Positions 11,191 to 24,319 of a DNA stretch of 64,000 bases are shown here, in pieces (position 1 is the first letter of the stretch; each line of letters begins with the position of its first letter). The notes under the pieces were generated by a model that worked only from the letters and a program-made list of their open reading frames with translations, was not told the DNA's origin and made no database searches. The translations under genes were made by a program, and so were the position numbers. Source of the DNA: Vitrella brassicaformis CCMP3155 (taxonomy: Eukaryota; Protista; Chromerida); assembly GCA_001179505.1 (NCBI GenBank), contig CDMY01000295.1, positions 434,001-498,000 of the forward strand. The letters run 5' to 3'.

Positions 11191-13064
11191 ATGGCCAGCA
11201 AGGAAGGCGAGTATCGGATTAACATCTCTTCAAGGTCAGTCAAGTCAGTGCTGAACAGTGAGAGCGACGAACGAATCAGACGTGTCCGTTGCCTGCGCTT
11301 CCTTCTGAGTGCAGGCATGAAAGAGGCGGCGAGAAGGAGTCCTCACCATGGATGCAGGTCGGTGAACCTCACGACGATTCCATGCGCAATGACGCGGCCG
11401 TCTGTCAATCTGTCCAATGTGTGTGTGGGTGTGTGCAGAGGTTCCCGCTGGATCTGCTGTCGATTGTGTTCTTCCTCGCCGTCGACTATGCTCTCCGGCG
11501 GCTCTTCACATGGCTAGAAATTCCCTTCCCCAGCAACCTGGCGGGCATGCTGCTGGTGCTGGCGACACTGCTGGTCCTCAACGCCACCCGCCCCGCTGTC
11601 GCATTGCGGGCTTTCACCTTCCTCATGCGCGGCACAACGTTCCTAAAGGTGCGGAGGGGATGTGTCGGTGGGCTGTGTGACGCATTGTGTGCATTGTGAT
11701 GCTTGTCTTCAGATCTGGCTGCCCGTGTGGTTCGTTCCGAATCTGATCAATCTGCCGCTGATGGACGTGGGGCAGCCGGTGCGCATCGCGGCCGTCATCT
11801 TGTGCGGCATGCTCTTCACGCTGCTCACCACGGCAGGAGTCGTCACCCACGTCAAGTCACTCGCACAACGCGCCACAGCCAGCGAGCGTCAGCCGCTGAC
11901 CGTGTCCATCCCCGAGAGGACCAGCAAGAAAGGCGCTTCGTCATCTGCCGCCGCGTCGCTCCCATTCTCTGCGCGGCTGAGCATGTGCCTGGCTGCGGGG
12001 ATGTGCGTGTGCTTCCTGCTGGCCGTCGCCTTATGGTGGTGTGACGACGTTATTCGGTCCTCTGGCGCCCGCTCTGCGGTGGTCTGGCAGTCGCACATAC
12101 GGCTGGAGAAGGGGTTCCTGCTGCTGCTGATCCTCTGCACCTATGTGTTTGGCGCCCGGCTGCCGCCAAGAGTGACCAAGATAGCCCACCCACTGCTGAC
12201 GTGCGCCTTCCTGACGTGGGGAGGCATGCTGCTGTATGCGGTTGCCGTCCCCGGTCCACCACCTTTTGACCGTTCCCGGGAGTGGTGGAGGCTGCTGAAC
12301 GGGCTGGTTGTCAAGGCGCCGCAGTCCATCGAGCAATTTGGTGGCCATGGAAGGATGGATGGATTGATGGATGGATGGGGAGGGGTCCCTAGCTGAGCTG
12401 CATGTGTTGTCTCTCCCTCTCTGTGGGTGAGTGCAGGTGCGGGCAATTTCCTGTTGATGTTCCTGGGTCCGGCAGTGGTGTCGTTTGGCGTGTCGATCTT
12501 CGACCAGCGTGTGCTCATCCGCGAGAACGCAGCCGCCATATCGAGCGGCGTCGCCTACGCCACCGTGGGGTCCCTGCTCTTCACCGCCCTCTTCACACGA
12601 GCCATCAACCTCGAACACGATGTAAGTCACATACACACACACCCACACACACACAGAGAGAGCGAGAGAGAGAACCTTCCCTGTCTGGCTGTTTCTGTCA
12701 GTGCCGACTGTGTATGCTGCCCCGCTCTGTGACGATCCCGCTGGCGTTGGAGATCAACAAGCTCATCGGCGGCGAGGCCGGGCTCGTGGTGTCCTTCTGC
12801 CTGGTCACCGGCCTCCTGGGCTCCCTCTTCGGCAAGCAGATCCTGTCGGCGTGTCGGGTGACAGACCCCCCCACCAGAGGGCTGTCGCTAGGGGCGGCCA
12901 GCCATGGGCTGGGGGCGGCGGCGCTGAATGACGAGAAGGAAGCCTTCCCCTTCGCCGCCACGTCGATGGCTTTGAACGGCGCGTGCAGCGCCATCCTGAT
13001 TGCGATCCCATTTGTGAGGACTGCTGTGCTGGCCCTGGCTGGGTGTGAGGCTGCGTGTGAGTGA
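11191..13064 (+). CDS. LrgA/LrgB-fusion membrane transporter (PLGG1-like)
   Basis: Multi-pass hydrophobic exons contain FPSNLAGML, HPLLTCA, LLMFLGPAVVSFG, PRSVTIPLA and TRGLSLGAASHGLGAAAL, which are LrgB-family signatures. Confidence 0.88.
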
Positions 13065-13605
13065 GGGGAGGGAGGGAATATACTCACCAAGGGATTGGCT
13101 AGAGAGGGATTGGCCAGAGAGGGATGGATGGATGGATGAAGGGAGAGAGAAGACCATTTGTGTGAGAGATGGGGAGGGTTGGGGTGGTGCGAGAGTGTCG
13201 AGAGTGTTGTTTGGATAAGCTTGTTAATGAAATCATGTATGTCATCACGGCAAGCAAGGCAAGGCAAGGCAACAGACGAGAGAGACACTAATTGTGGACC
13301 GGACCGCCTACTCACTATGTCTGTCACGGGGAATGTTGATACACTGACACATCACGACGACACTCCGATAAAGCGACACGTACACACACGGCAGTCCACC
13401 AACCGAACCACATAAGGAAGGAACACCGCATTATCTTACACATTGTAACAAAAACCTCTGCCTGCAGAGTTGAGCTGACGCACTGCACTGCAACCTGCCT
13501 CGCCTCTTTCTCCTTTCCTCGTTCGTCACTGTCTCATTGGATGCATCTCCACAAATCCTTTTTCCCGCCCACCTTCATTCAAACCTTCGTCCGCCCTCCC
13601 GTCCC

Positions 13606-14307
13606 TCAAAGCTCGTGTCGCCATGCCGGCACCAATCGCAGGACTCTCCCGCCCCCCAGGAACCGAACACGCTCCCCGCCGGGACGTGGAAGGATTCCGA
13701 GCTGGCGTGGCCAGGCCTTCGTAGCCACCACGAAGACAGCACCAGCCACGGCGACGAGGCCCACAGGTGCACCGACGGAAATCCAGGGTTCCCATGCAGC
13801 TGACTGCGGTGTGTCAGGGCACCCACTGCCCTCTGCGCACTCGCCAGTGTGTGTGTCGATGCAGCAGGGCTCTCCCGTCCTCTTGTGCTTGCCCACATGT
13901 CCCGGACAGCACGTCGAATCTCCACCGCCATTTCGTTCCCAGCAGCAGGGCTGCCTGTCAGCCTTGCTCCTGCCGCACTTCATGGTGGCCTTGTCGCAGC
14001 ATTCGCAGCATCGCCAGCTGCATGGGCTGGTCTCCTCACATGTGGCCGACGGGTCTTGCAGTGGGCTGGCTGCTGGGGCAGCAGCACCCACTGGCGTCTG
14101 GCGGGTTCTTGATGCCTCTTGGGGCGGCCAGCGCGGCTGCAGGCCAGCCGAGCAGGTGTCTTGACTGATGAGTGGTGACGCTGATGCATATATAATGAGA
14201 GAGGTGGACGCCTGCAAACACACACACACACACCGTCGTGCATGCACCTGCAACGGTGATGGTGGGGATGAGAAATATGTATCAGCCAATGCGATGGAAG
14301 TCTTCAC
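13606..14307 (-). CDS. Hypothetical Cys-rich single-pass membrane protein (5' end uncertain)
   Basis: ORF contains CSWRCCECCDKATMKC..PCCW..STCCP..EPCC followed by a hydrophobic stretch (ISVGAPVGLVAVAGAVFVVA). I could not resolve the start codon. Confidence 0.4.
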   Translation of the reverse strand: MKTSIALADTYFSSPPSPLQVHARRCVCVCLQASTSLIIYASASPLISQDTCSAGLQPRWPPQEASRTRQTPVGAAAPAASPLQDPSATCEETSPCSWRCCECCDKATMKCGRSKADRQPCCWERNGGGDSTCCPGHVGKHKRTGEPCCIDTHTGECAEGSGCPDTPQSAAWEPWISVGAPVGLVAVAGAVFVVATKAWPRQLGILPRPGGERVRFLGGGRVLRLVPAWRHEL

Positions 14308-14742
14308 TTTATCCCTTTATCCATTCCAATGAAGAGAGCCGCAGTTCCTCTCAGAAAGAGGAAACGCTCCAGCTGCGAGCAAACAGCATGGCCTGCGGAT
14401 GCAAGTGGTGGTGCATGGTGGTGGTTGCTCCCTCCCTTGGCAATCGACACCCTTCCTTCCTGTGTCTGTCTGACTGTCTGCCTGTCTGTCTGTCTGCCTG
14501 TCTGTCCTCCCCTCCAAAGCGCTGATAGATCCGGCCCTTCCCCTTCCCTCTCTTCGCCCCTTCCCCGCGAGCTTGGGGGCGTCTTCCGGCGAAGCAAAAA
14601 GTGCGTGCAGCTCCCTCCTTGTGGTGGCGTCGCAGTAGTGCATTCCATGATCAAGCGTCATCGGCAGGACTGACAACAGTCATCTGCGCAGATGTGCCAC
14701 AGGACAGTCAGTCGCCCTTCCGTCTGAGAGGCAGGCAACTTC

Positions 14743-17700
14743 ATGATGCACGACGAGGACGGCGGCGACGCCATGGACATCGAGCCACCCGCACCGGCCG
14801 CACCTGCCGCCTCGGCAAGCATGAGCGCCAGCTCCGATGCCATTTCAAGGCCAGACGAACCGGTGCTCCGCCTGCCGCCGTACATCGGTGAGCACACACA
14901 CACATGGGGGGAGAGAGCACACGGGGGCGACATGCGCAGCGACATGGCGTGCTCCTCTGTGTGTGTGTTGTGTGTGCTGACCAGATCTCCCTGATAACGA
15001 GAAGGAGATTCTGCGCATCAATGCGGGCGGGCAGCGTCTGTGCGTGCAGCGGGGCATCCTGCGGCGCATCCCACACACCGTCCTGAGCACCCTCTTCTGC
15101 GGCGCGTACGACCACCGCTTCATCAAGGACGACACCAACGCCCTCTTTATCGACGTCCACACACCGGCGTTCCTCTCGCTCGTCGAGCAGCTCGCCATGG
15201 ACTCCGTGCCCGATAGCGAGACCCTCCCCGACGCCCCCGTCCCCCTCCCGCTCCTCAACACCTGCCACATCCCGCCAGGCCTGGCGCACGACTCATCATA
15301 CCGATTCCTGTATCGGCTGCTGCTCAAGCAGGTGCCCGACGGCCGCACAGAGGAGGGGGAAGGACACGAAGACGGCGAGGGGGAGGGGGAGGGGGAGCGG
15401 TCACCGCAGCAGCAGCTGCAGGATGACGAGCAACAGGGCGGTCGTGGTAGTGGCGAGCGTCGTTTTGGTGGTGAGGGTCTGCTGCACGCGGCGGACGAGG
15501 AGGACGGTGTGGTGGCGAGGGAGGTGGAGGGCACGGTGGTCGCCACCACACTGCAGACGGTGGCCTTCTGCGGCACGGAATCCTTCATCTACCATCGCAT
15601 GAACAGGTAGGTAAACATCAACCCACCCACCATGCGAGCGCAGCACTCAACCACACCACACCACCCTCTGTGTCTGTCTGTCTGTCTGTCCCTCAGGTGG
15701 GGCCCGGTTCGCGGCGTGTCGCTGTCCGATTTCCGGCACATCATCGACGCCTACCGCCGGTTCCGCCTGACCAACTGCCGCCGGGTGGAGGCCCCCCCGC
15801 TGCCGTCCTTCCAGCTGGCCGACTTCCTCTACGCCTGCGAGATGTTCCAGCTCAAGATGGACATTCCCATCCACCTTTTGTCGGACCCCAACGGCATCGC
15901 GCCAGCCGTCATCTCGCTGTTCGACAGCCTGGTGATCGAGGGGTACGGCGAGGAGGTCGAGGGCGTGGCCAGGCGAGTCACGCAGGTGGTGGGGGAGATC
16001 CGAGATCGGGGCGGGGAGGCCGACCTGGACGGGGAGGGCGATGGAGACCGCTCACATATGGAACTGGTATGTACCTCATCATGACACACACACACACGAA
16101 GCCAGAACACGAAGCCATGCATTGTGGATGGTTTGTGGTCCGGTCTGTCTGTCTGTCTGTCTGTCAGGTGTATCGTTTGCTGTTCCGTGCGACGCGTGAC
16201 GGTTTCCACTACCGTCAGCTGCTGGCCAAGATCCAGAACAAGTCGCGCCTCCTCTTCCTCATCAAGCCAAGGGGCCTCGCTCCCATCGCCATCTTCGTCT
16301 TCGCCGCCTTCAGCCCCCCGGGCGCCGAGCCCCCCTACCCTGTCCTGCCCCCCAACATCGACAAGATCATCCCCACACGACTGCTCATCTTCCCCATACC
16401 CCTCGCCGGCCGCAGACCACTGCGCTACCTTAGGAGGGAGCCCAGGGGGGCCGCTGCTGTTGCTGCTGCTGCGGCGGCGGCTGCAGCTACAGCAGCTGCA
16501 GCACCGGCGGCAACACCGGTCGTCACGGAAGACGAGGAGGAGTGGGGCCAGAGCGGCCACAACAGCGGCAACAACGGCAATGGCAGCGGCGAGAATGGGG
16601 GTCGCCCGACGGAAGATGAAGACGGCGACGATGAGGACAACGGCGCCGACACGGGCGACAGCCCCTCGAGCTCCAACAACGTCGACGGCGGTGGTGGTGG
16701 TGGCGGAAGCTCTTCCTCGGCCATGCGCCTCACCAGCGCCGTTCGCCGGCAGTCCGAGACCACGGATGAGAACCACCACATGAGCACCCGCAATGTGCGG
16801 CTGCGCACGACCCCCCCGGCTGCTGCGTCTGGGAGAGTGAGGGGGAGGACAGCGGGGCGGAGGGGCTCCGAGGATAGAGAGCCGTCGAGCGACGAGTTTT
16901 GGGGAGGGCTGATGACCACACACACACCGGCTGCTGCTGCCGCTGCCTCTGCTGCTGGTGGTGCTGGTGGTGGTGAGCCATCGATGGTGCCCCTGCCCAT
17001 AACTCCGTTCGCTAACATCAATGGCACCAGCAACGGCGGCGGCAATGGCAGCGGCAACTCGGTACGCAGCAGCCAGGCAGAGACGAACACACACACACAC
17101 CATCGCCCTCCTCTTCACTCGTTGCTGTGCCTGCCTTGCTTGCTTCAGGGTTCTGGTTGGTCGTTTGTGGAGAGACCGAACGGGACAGCGCCGCACAACA
17201 CGTCAATCACCCCCTCCCGCCCGGCCACATCGTTCGCTTCCGCCAGGTCGGCCATCGGCACCGGCTTCCGCTCACCGTCGGGGGGCCCGTCCCGTCTGTC
17301 GCCGACCCAGCGCTTCGGCACCCCCCCTTCGCCCCCTCCCCCTCCCCCAGTGTTTTCTGGCGCCAGTGGGTCACTGAGCACCTTGTCGGTGTACTCGCGT
17401 CCGTGGCCCCCCGTGACGTGTCCCAACTGCCAGCACTGCTTCGTTCCACCGCCCGCATATCAACGACGGGTGCTGTACGGGCCGCCAGCCGTGCCGCCGT
17501 CTCGGTTTCAGCCGCCCCCGGCAGCAGCAGCAGCAGCAGCAGCGGGTGGTTCTGGTGGTGGTAGCGTGTCTGTGAGTCGCTCGCCTGGTTTGGGGCCGCC
17601 GCTGAACAGTTCTGCGCGCGATTTTGGGGACTCGTGGTGGCGTCGGATGGTGCATCTTCGCATGAACCCCTTCATGAGCATCGACAGGGACCGGGACGCA

Positions 17701-19467
17701 GACAGGGCTAGCGAGGAGGTGAGTGAGCACACTCACACACCCCCCATCCACCCACCCACCCACCCACCCGTATCTTTCCCATTGATTGCATGTTTCCAGT
17801 GGCTGTCTTCGTCGTTCCTGCAGGCGCTGTGGTCGACGCCCATGGAGTCGCTGAGCCCGTCAGGCCGCTACTCGGGCAGTCTGCTGCAGCCCACATCCCC
17901 CATGGCCATCGACGACAAGGAGGACCACGTCCTCACAAACATCATCCTCGCCGCACCAGGCGAAGAGATGCCCCCAGACGACCACATGGCCATCGGCGAG
18001 GGACTGCTCAACAACAATGACAATGGTGCCGGTGGTGGTGGTGGTAGTGGTGGAGGGAACAATGACGATGAGGATCACGACATGGGGAGGGGCGATGGGC
18101 AGCGAGGCGAGCGGCGTGAACCCGACACCGAGGGGGCAGCAGGGAGTGATGGGAAGCAGGCGGCAGCGGAGCAGCCAGCGGGGAACGCCATGGGGCCTCC
18201 GGCTGCTGCTGCTGCTGCTGCCGCTGCTGGTGGTTCTGGTTCTGGCCCGCCGGGTGTTGCCCTTGGTCTGGCGGGCGTTTCAGTACCCTCGCCGGCTCTC
18301 ATGGGGGAGTCGGCCAGCAGCTGGCCTCCCCCGTCCGCTTCCTCTTCCCCTCCCAAACCCTCTCGCCCGCCCCCTTCCCCATTCTCGTTGATGCCCTCCA
18401 ACGGGCCACCACCCCACCAGCAGCAACAACAGCAAGACCAACAGCAGCAAGATGATAATGGTGACGACGACGAGGAGGACGATGAGGGTGATGGCGAGGG
18501 CGAGGGCGATGCCCCTCAACCACAGCCACCTGCAGCAGCAGCTGCAGCGGCTGCCGCAGCGGCAGCGTCGCCACCCGCCCCAGCCCCAGTGCCGCATGCC
18601 CACACTGCCCCGGCCGCTCCAGCAGCAGCAGCGGCAGCTGCTGCAGCTGGTGGGAGCGGTTTGACGGCCGGCGTGAAGGCCCCCGGCAAGGAGGAGGAAG
18701 AGGACAAGAGCACCTATCGCAAGTGGAAGAGCTACGTGGAGGAGGACCCCGACCTGCCCAGCAAGATCCCCATAGAGTTCGAGGGCCACGTCATGTCGGT
18801 GTGGCTGGGCGTCAGACCCTGCCCACCGGACGGCGGGCAGGAGGGCGCTGGCGGCACCGGCAAGGACGGCGACAAGGACCAGCAGCCCTTTCGCGCAGGA
18901 GTGGACATGCCCCAGGGGCCGCGGGACGGTGGGTGGAGAGGGAGATGGGAGGCCACACGAGATCTCAGATTTGGACGGGTGCAGCAGACCGTCAAACCCA
19001 GGTAACCCTGGAGAGGGAGAGAGAGAGAGAGAGAGAGAGGGAGGGAGAGAGGGAGGATGACGGTCGATGCACGATTTGTTCTCTCGCTCTCTGGCTGTGT
19101 GTGTGTGTTTAGGCATTTCCGTTATGCGCAGCGCATGAGTGACCACCGGCGGACTGAGGTGGAGGTGCTGGAGTCGATGCGGCCGCCCCACACGCAGGAC
19201 GAGCTCTTCAGGGGCGTCCCGCTTGACATCGACGAGATCGAGGTCTTCCAGGTACCTAACACACCCACACACACACACATAGCACGCTCCCCAGAGAGAG
19301 ACCGAGAGACCCCACGCACGTTGATTGATGTGTGCCGTGTGCCATGTAGGTGTGTGAGGGCCCGGTGACGTGTTACTACGACCCCCCCGGTCACTCCTTC
19401 CCCCACTCCGACGGAGCGGCGGCGAGCAGCTGAGCAGCTGATGGGTGGGTTGAATGACGATGATTAA
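14743..19467 (+). CDS. BTB/POZ (KCTD-type) + TLDc-domain protein with very large low-complexity insertions
   Basis: Exon from 14985 reads ILRINAGGQRLCVQRGILRRIPHTVLSTLFCG..LFIDVHTPAF (BTB). Exon from 16168 reads VYRLLFRATRDGF..KSRLLFLIK (TLDc start). About 19200-19252 reads LFRGVPLDIDEIEVFQ (TLDc end). Stop TAA at 19465-19467. Confidence 0.8.
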
Positions 19468-19499
19468 GCAAGCAATCGGCTGGGGCGGGGGGCGGTGGT

Positions 19500-20420
19500 T
19501 GATTTGTCGGTCGGTCGGTCGGTCGGGGCACCCACCCACCCCACCCCAGCCACCGTCCCGCCCATCGGTCGACTCGTGTAGGGTCCTAGAGATGTAGATG
19601 CTTAGAGACAGACAGACAGACAGACAGACAGAGAGAGGAGAAAAGCTGGCTGGGCTGCGGCTGCATGTAAGCGCCTTGCCCGTGTGTGCCTGCGTGTCTG
19701 CCTGCCTGCCTGCCCGGGTGTCAGCCTGGGTTGTCTCTTGGCTGTCCTCACCCCACACCACTCCACTCCACACCACACCACTCAACTCAGACGCGGGCGG
19801 GATGTTGCCTGCGTGGATGAATCTGATGTGTGTTCGTGGTGGATGGGTTGGTGTGTTTGTGTTTGCTCTCAGCTGCGTGCGTATGTGACGACAGACAGTA
19901 CACGCACTGCCACTCACTGTGTGCGTGGGTGTTTGTGTGCGGGCTCTTTAAGGAGGTGCAGCTCTGCTGTGGACGGAATGTGTGTGTGTGTGTGTGTGTG
20001 TGCGTGAGGGCGTAGGAGCGAGGCTTGCAAGTGGTGAGCGCTTCTTGCTTGAGTAATGGTGGTGGGACGGTGGGTGGGTGGATTGAGATGGAAGGACAGA
20101 CAGACAGACGCCTTTTTGTTGCGTAACATTTGCTTCGTTGTGTGTGTGTTATCGACCGACCATACGTGTTTGATGCCTTCCTTCCTGTCAATCGTCAGTG
20201 ATCCAATCATAATACATGGGTGTCACTCATCCCTCCGTCCCCCTCCCCCTCCCCCTCCCCCTCACATGTCAGCACGCCACGCCACACACGCAACAAACGC
20301 ATTCAGACACCCACACGCCTTCTGCTTCTGCACACCCACCCACGCCCCCACACCCCACTGATCAAGGCTGTGTGCTTTCTGCCTGCCATCTGCAGGAGAG
20401 GCCTAGCACGCTCACACCCA
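19500..20420. repeat. Intergenic microsatellite-rich tract ((GTCG)n, (CAGA)n, (GT)n, (CCACA)n) between convergent genes
   Basis: Read directly. The same motif families fill most introns in the window. Confidence 0.7.
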
Positions 20421-20589
20421 CATCCACACCCACAGAGACACACACATGGATAGACACGCACGATAGGTCCCGCATGGATAATGGCGCACACAGGCGTGTC
20501 CGCACCTTCTACGCTGCCTGCTAGCTGGCTATGGTGTCGACTCGCCTGATGTCTGCCCGTCCAGACCGACAGACAGACAGGCAGATCGC

Positions 20590-21881
20590 CGCGCCTCTCA
20601 GCCCTTCTTCTGGGCGGACTTGAGGCGACTCGCAGAGTCGAAGCGCTCGTCAAACCCCTGACACACACAGCCACAGAGGGCCGACCCGTTGTGCGTGGTG
20701 TGTTCCATCTCTGCCGGCCGTATCATATGCTCTGCTGACCTTGTAGACGGTGCCCTTGGCCTCGGCCGACAGCCGGCGCCTCAGCACCACCTGCCGCTTC
20801 TCCTCTATCGCGGCCGCCTCCAACTGACGCAACCACACACAACACACAATACACCATGAGGCCTCATCCATATATTCCTTTCTCTCCCACCCACCCCCTC
20901 ACTGACCCCCCGCTTGAATGACTGCACCCATGTCTGCGTGTTGGCCGACCACTGCCAGCGCCACAACGCCCCCTCCGGCACGGGGGAGGGAGGCGGGTAG
21001 GGCGCCTGCTGGTTGATGGTGTCGTCCCCCTGGCCATCTCCCTCGCCCTCGCCCTCACCCTCGCCGTCCGCCCCCTCCCCCTCCTCTGCGTCACTGGCGT
21101 CGACCCTGGCCCTGTGGTGCAGCGTCAACGAAGGCATGGGTGTGGTGGGGTCGTTGGAGACGGTCTCGACGGACAGCCGGTACGGGGCCTGCAGGGATCC
21201 ATGGGCATGCCACAGCAGCAGGGAGGGGGGCGGGTGTGCAGTGGTGTGCATGGCCTTCTTACGCTGTCTGAGCTACGGTTGGAGTCCCGACCGCCATCGT
21301 GGACATCAAACGCATTCTGCAGTGACACACATCACATTGCAACACAGCACATGCCGGCCGTGGCATCAATTGTGTATCGTGAATGTATCGTGTTTGGCGT
21401 GTTGGGTGGGTGTGTTGTGTGTGTTGCCGTACCGGCGAGGAGATGGGCGATGCCATGGCGGCCGCACCGCTGCCACCGCCGCCCCTCTTCTGCACCACCA
21501 CTATCTCCTTGCGCACCCCATAGTCATCGCCATCGTGTCCGCCATCCTCTACAACCACCTCATCATGGCACTCAGCCTCTACCTGCGGGCAGAAACCACC
21601 TCCACAACTCTCACCATCCTTCTCTCTCGGCTGCGCATATTCTCACCTGAAGTCCCTTGCCCTTGTTGCTGCAGCTGATGTTGCGTGAGCGGATCATGAC
21701 TGTGGAGGGGAGCCGACTGCCGGGCCGCGTGGATGCAGCCTCACTCGCCTCACTCATCGCAGCCACAGACTGAACCGACTGAGTGAGGGATGCCATGCCC
21801 ACATGCCATCCATCCAATGGTATCTATGGCTTCCTTCCTTCAGATTCTCACCTTGGCTGACGTCACCGCCCTCTCCGACAT
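20590..21881 (-). CDS. Hypothetical spliced low-complexity protein (ends uncertain)
   Basis: A chain of GT-AG-bounded exons reads ..NKGKGLQ|VEAECHDEVVVEDGG.., ..ALWRWQWSANTQTWVQSFK.. and ..EEKRQVVLRRRLSAEAKGTVYK. No family recognised. Confidence 0.45.
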
Positions 21882-22374
21882 GCGGGCTCTCCACAAATTT
21901 ACATCTGCTGTCAGTCTTTTTTGGATACCCTAAGCGGGACGGGTGATCATTGCTCAAAGTGCCCGGTTTCATTGCTTTACATATATAGTTAGGACACGGA
22001 CGAATCGGAACGATGTCATTCGTGTCATTCCGGCAAACAGTCAACACCAGGGCGTCCGCCTCGGTCATCGAGACCACACTAAAGGCACCTCAATCCATCC
22101 ATGGTGCCTGGTACTCAGCGAGGGAGCGAGAGGTGTCGACACACACAGACGCAGACACAGACACACACACGCATGCACAGACAGACAGACAGACAGACCC
22201 GCAGATTCACTTACTGTACCCCAACCAAATGTGTAGAGAGATAGCAAACAGATTATGTAATACATACAAGACATGGTTGATTGATTGATGGATTGACCAA
22301 ACAAGACAGACACGAAATAGCTGACTGCCCACTGCCGTGCAGTACAACGGAAAAAACGACCACCACAGCACATC

Positions 22375-22409
<35 letters not shown>

Positions 22410-22447
22410 CGGTTGCGTGTGTGTGTGTGTGTGTGTGTCTCCCTCTC

Positions 22448-24218
22448 TCAGGGCAGACTCAGATTCTTGTTGACCCATGCGATCGCGCTCCCCACCACCT
22501 CCTTGACCCGCTCATTGCCCTTGCCATAGCAGCCAACGTACAGGACCGCACTCACAGCAGTGACAGGCACAAAGGCAACGAACTCCATCCACTCGACCAC
22601 CGGCACAAAAGCTCTGGGAGGCCACACGAATGTCGCCGAGACATAGCAGAAGGGGAACACCAGCGACGCCAGCAGGTTGGTCAGCACGGTGGCGTGCATC
22701 AGCCGGCCCGCCTTCTTGTCCTGCGGCTGCATCATCAGAGCCACCGCTGCCGTGCAGCTCTGCACCAGGGACGCACAGAGAAATGCGGCGGCCGTCACGA
22801 ATCGAAAACGGGCATAGACATCGCCGATGGAGAAAAGCACCACAGCGACGCCATTGACCAAACTCGCCACGAAGAAGTAGCGCCTCTTGGTCTGCTCGCT
22901 CTTCGTCTCGATGGCCCCGTTAAGAGCGTCGATCCTCTCTCCCAGCAGCAGCACAGTCGCCACAGAGGACACCAGCACCGCCATTCCAATCCACACAGGC
23001 ACCGGGCCGTCCACAGGCGATGTTCCGGCGAGGTAGGAGAAGTCTGCAGCGGGCGGTGAGGCGACTCCCGTCATGGCACAGACAAGCGCCGCAGCCAGGG
23101 CGAGCGCCAGGGATGACAGCAGGGCTGGCGAGGGCCGGGGGAGGGTGGCGGGCTTGGGGACGGTGAGGGAGCAGAAGTAGGTGAATGGCACGATGGCCGT
23201 CCAGAAGGCGACGAAAAGGGCGGCCTCGAAGCAGTCCACCATTGCTTTCTGGCCCAGCACAGGAGGGAAGACGCCCACTGAGGATAATGAGTTACAACAG
23301 CAATTGCAAGGGATCAACATTGGCAGCGGCGTGTCAACCTCGCTCGTACAGGCAGGCGCTTACATGTCTTGCCGGTCACTGTCAGCACTGGGGCATAGAA
23401 ACGTTGCAGAATCGGCACTATCATGCCGAGCGAAGCCTGCATCACAGCCCCGATGTTGGTGGACACATCATGCCGCCTCGCCGCATCCCAGGCCGCCTGC
23501 ACCGCAGACACCACCGGCCCGATCGCAATCAGCACCAGATCGTAGTAGAAGGACGCCCCGCCAAAGGCATAGGAGGCCGGTGATCTGAACAAATGATGGG
23601 CCAGCACCGCCAGACACGACACGATGTACGTCGAGAGCGCCACGCGGCCGATCTGCCGGTGCAGGTCGATGTGTTTGCGCCGGATGAATGGCGCGAACTG
23701 GAGGGGAAATAGGACGGCGTTGAGTCCCACGAGCGCCAAGTGGACGAGCAGGAAGAACTCGGCGACGGGATGAGAGTTGTGTCGCCCGCCGCTGAGCACG
23801 GCACCGACATCATTGTCGCCTGCAATGATGTTCTGAGACCTGAAGGAGGACGGCAGTCACCACACGGACACACAAGCAGACAGGCAGGCAGGCAATGGCG
23901 AAAGGTCTATCATCGCCCATTGCAATGTATGTCGGGATACCTGTTGAGTATGTGCAGCCCCTTCTTGCCGGACGGCCCCCCCAGCACAACGGCGATGGCG
24001 TCCAACGCAGAAGCCCCGCCCCACATCTGTGGACACACACACACACACACACATGGACAGGCACAGAAGAGAAGTGCTGATAGGATGATTGGTGTGACAT
24101 ACATACGGCAGCAGAGCAGAGCAGCCTCGCTGCAGTCAGTCACCTCGAATCCGATGAATGCGGCGGCGATGAGAAGGCCGGCGCCTCGCAGGAGAGAGGA
24201 AGCTGACAGCGAAGCCAT
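22448..24218 (-). CDS. Multi-pass membrane protein with a DUF2306-like segment
   Basis: The N-terminus is signal-like (MASLSASSLLRGAGLLIAAAFIG). VHLALVGLNAVLFPLQFAPFIRRKHIDLHRQIGRVAL resembles the DUF2306 motif. About 8 further hydrophobic segments lie in ORF 22448..23320. Confidence 0.7.
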
Positions 24219-24319
24219 CTGAAGTTGAAGGCGAGAGGCTTCGACTGTGGATCTGTCGCAATGCAATGACGGCTGGCCCTTTCTCCTTCGTGTCTGACAT
24301 GATTCTTCTGGCGAAGGAA

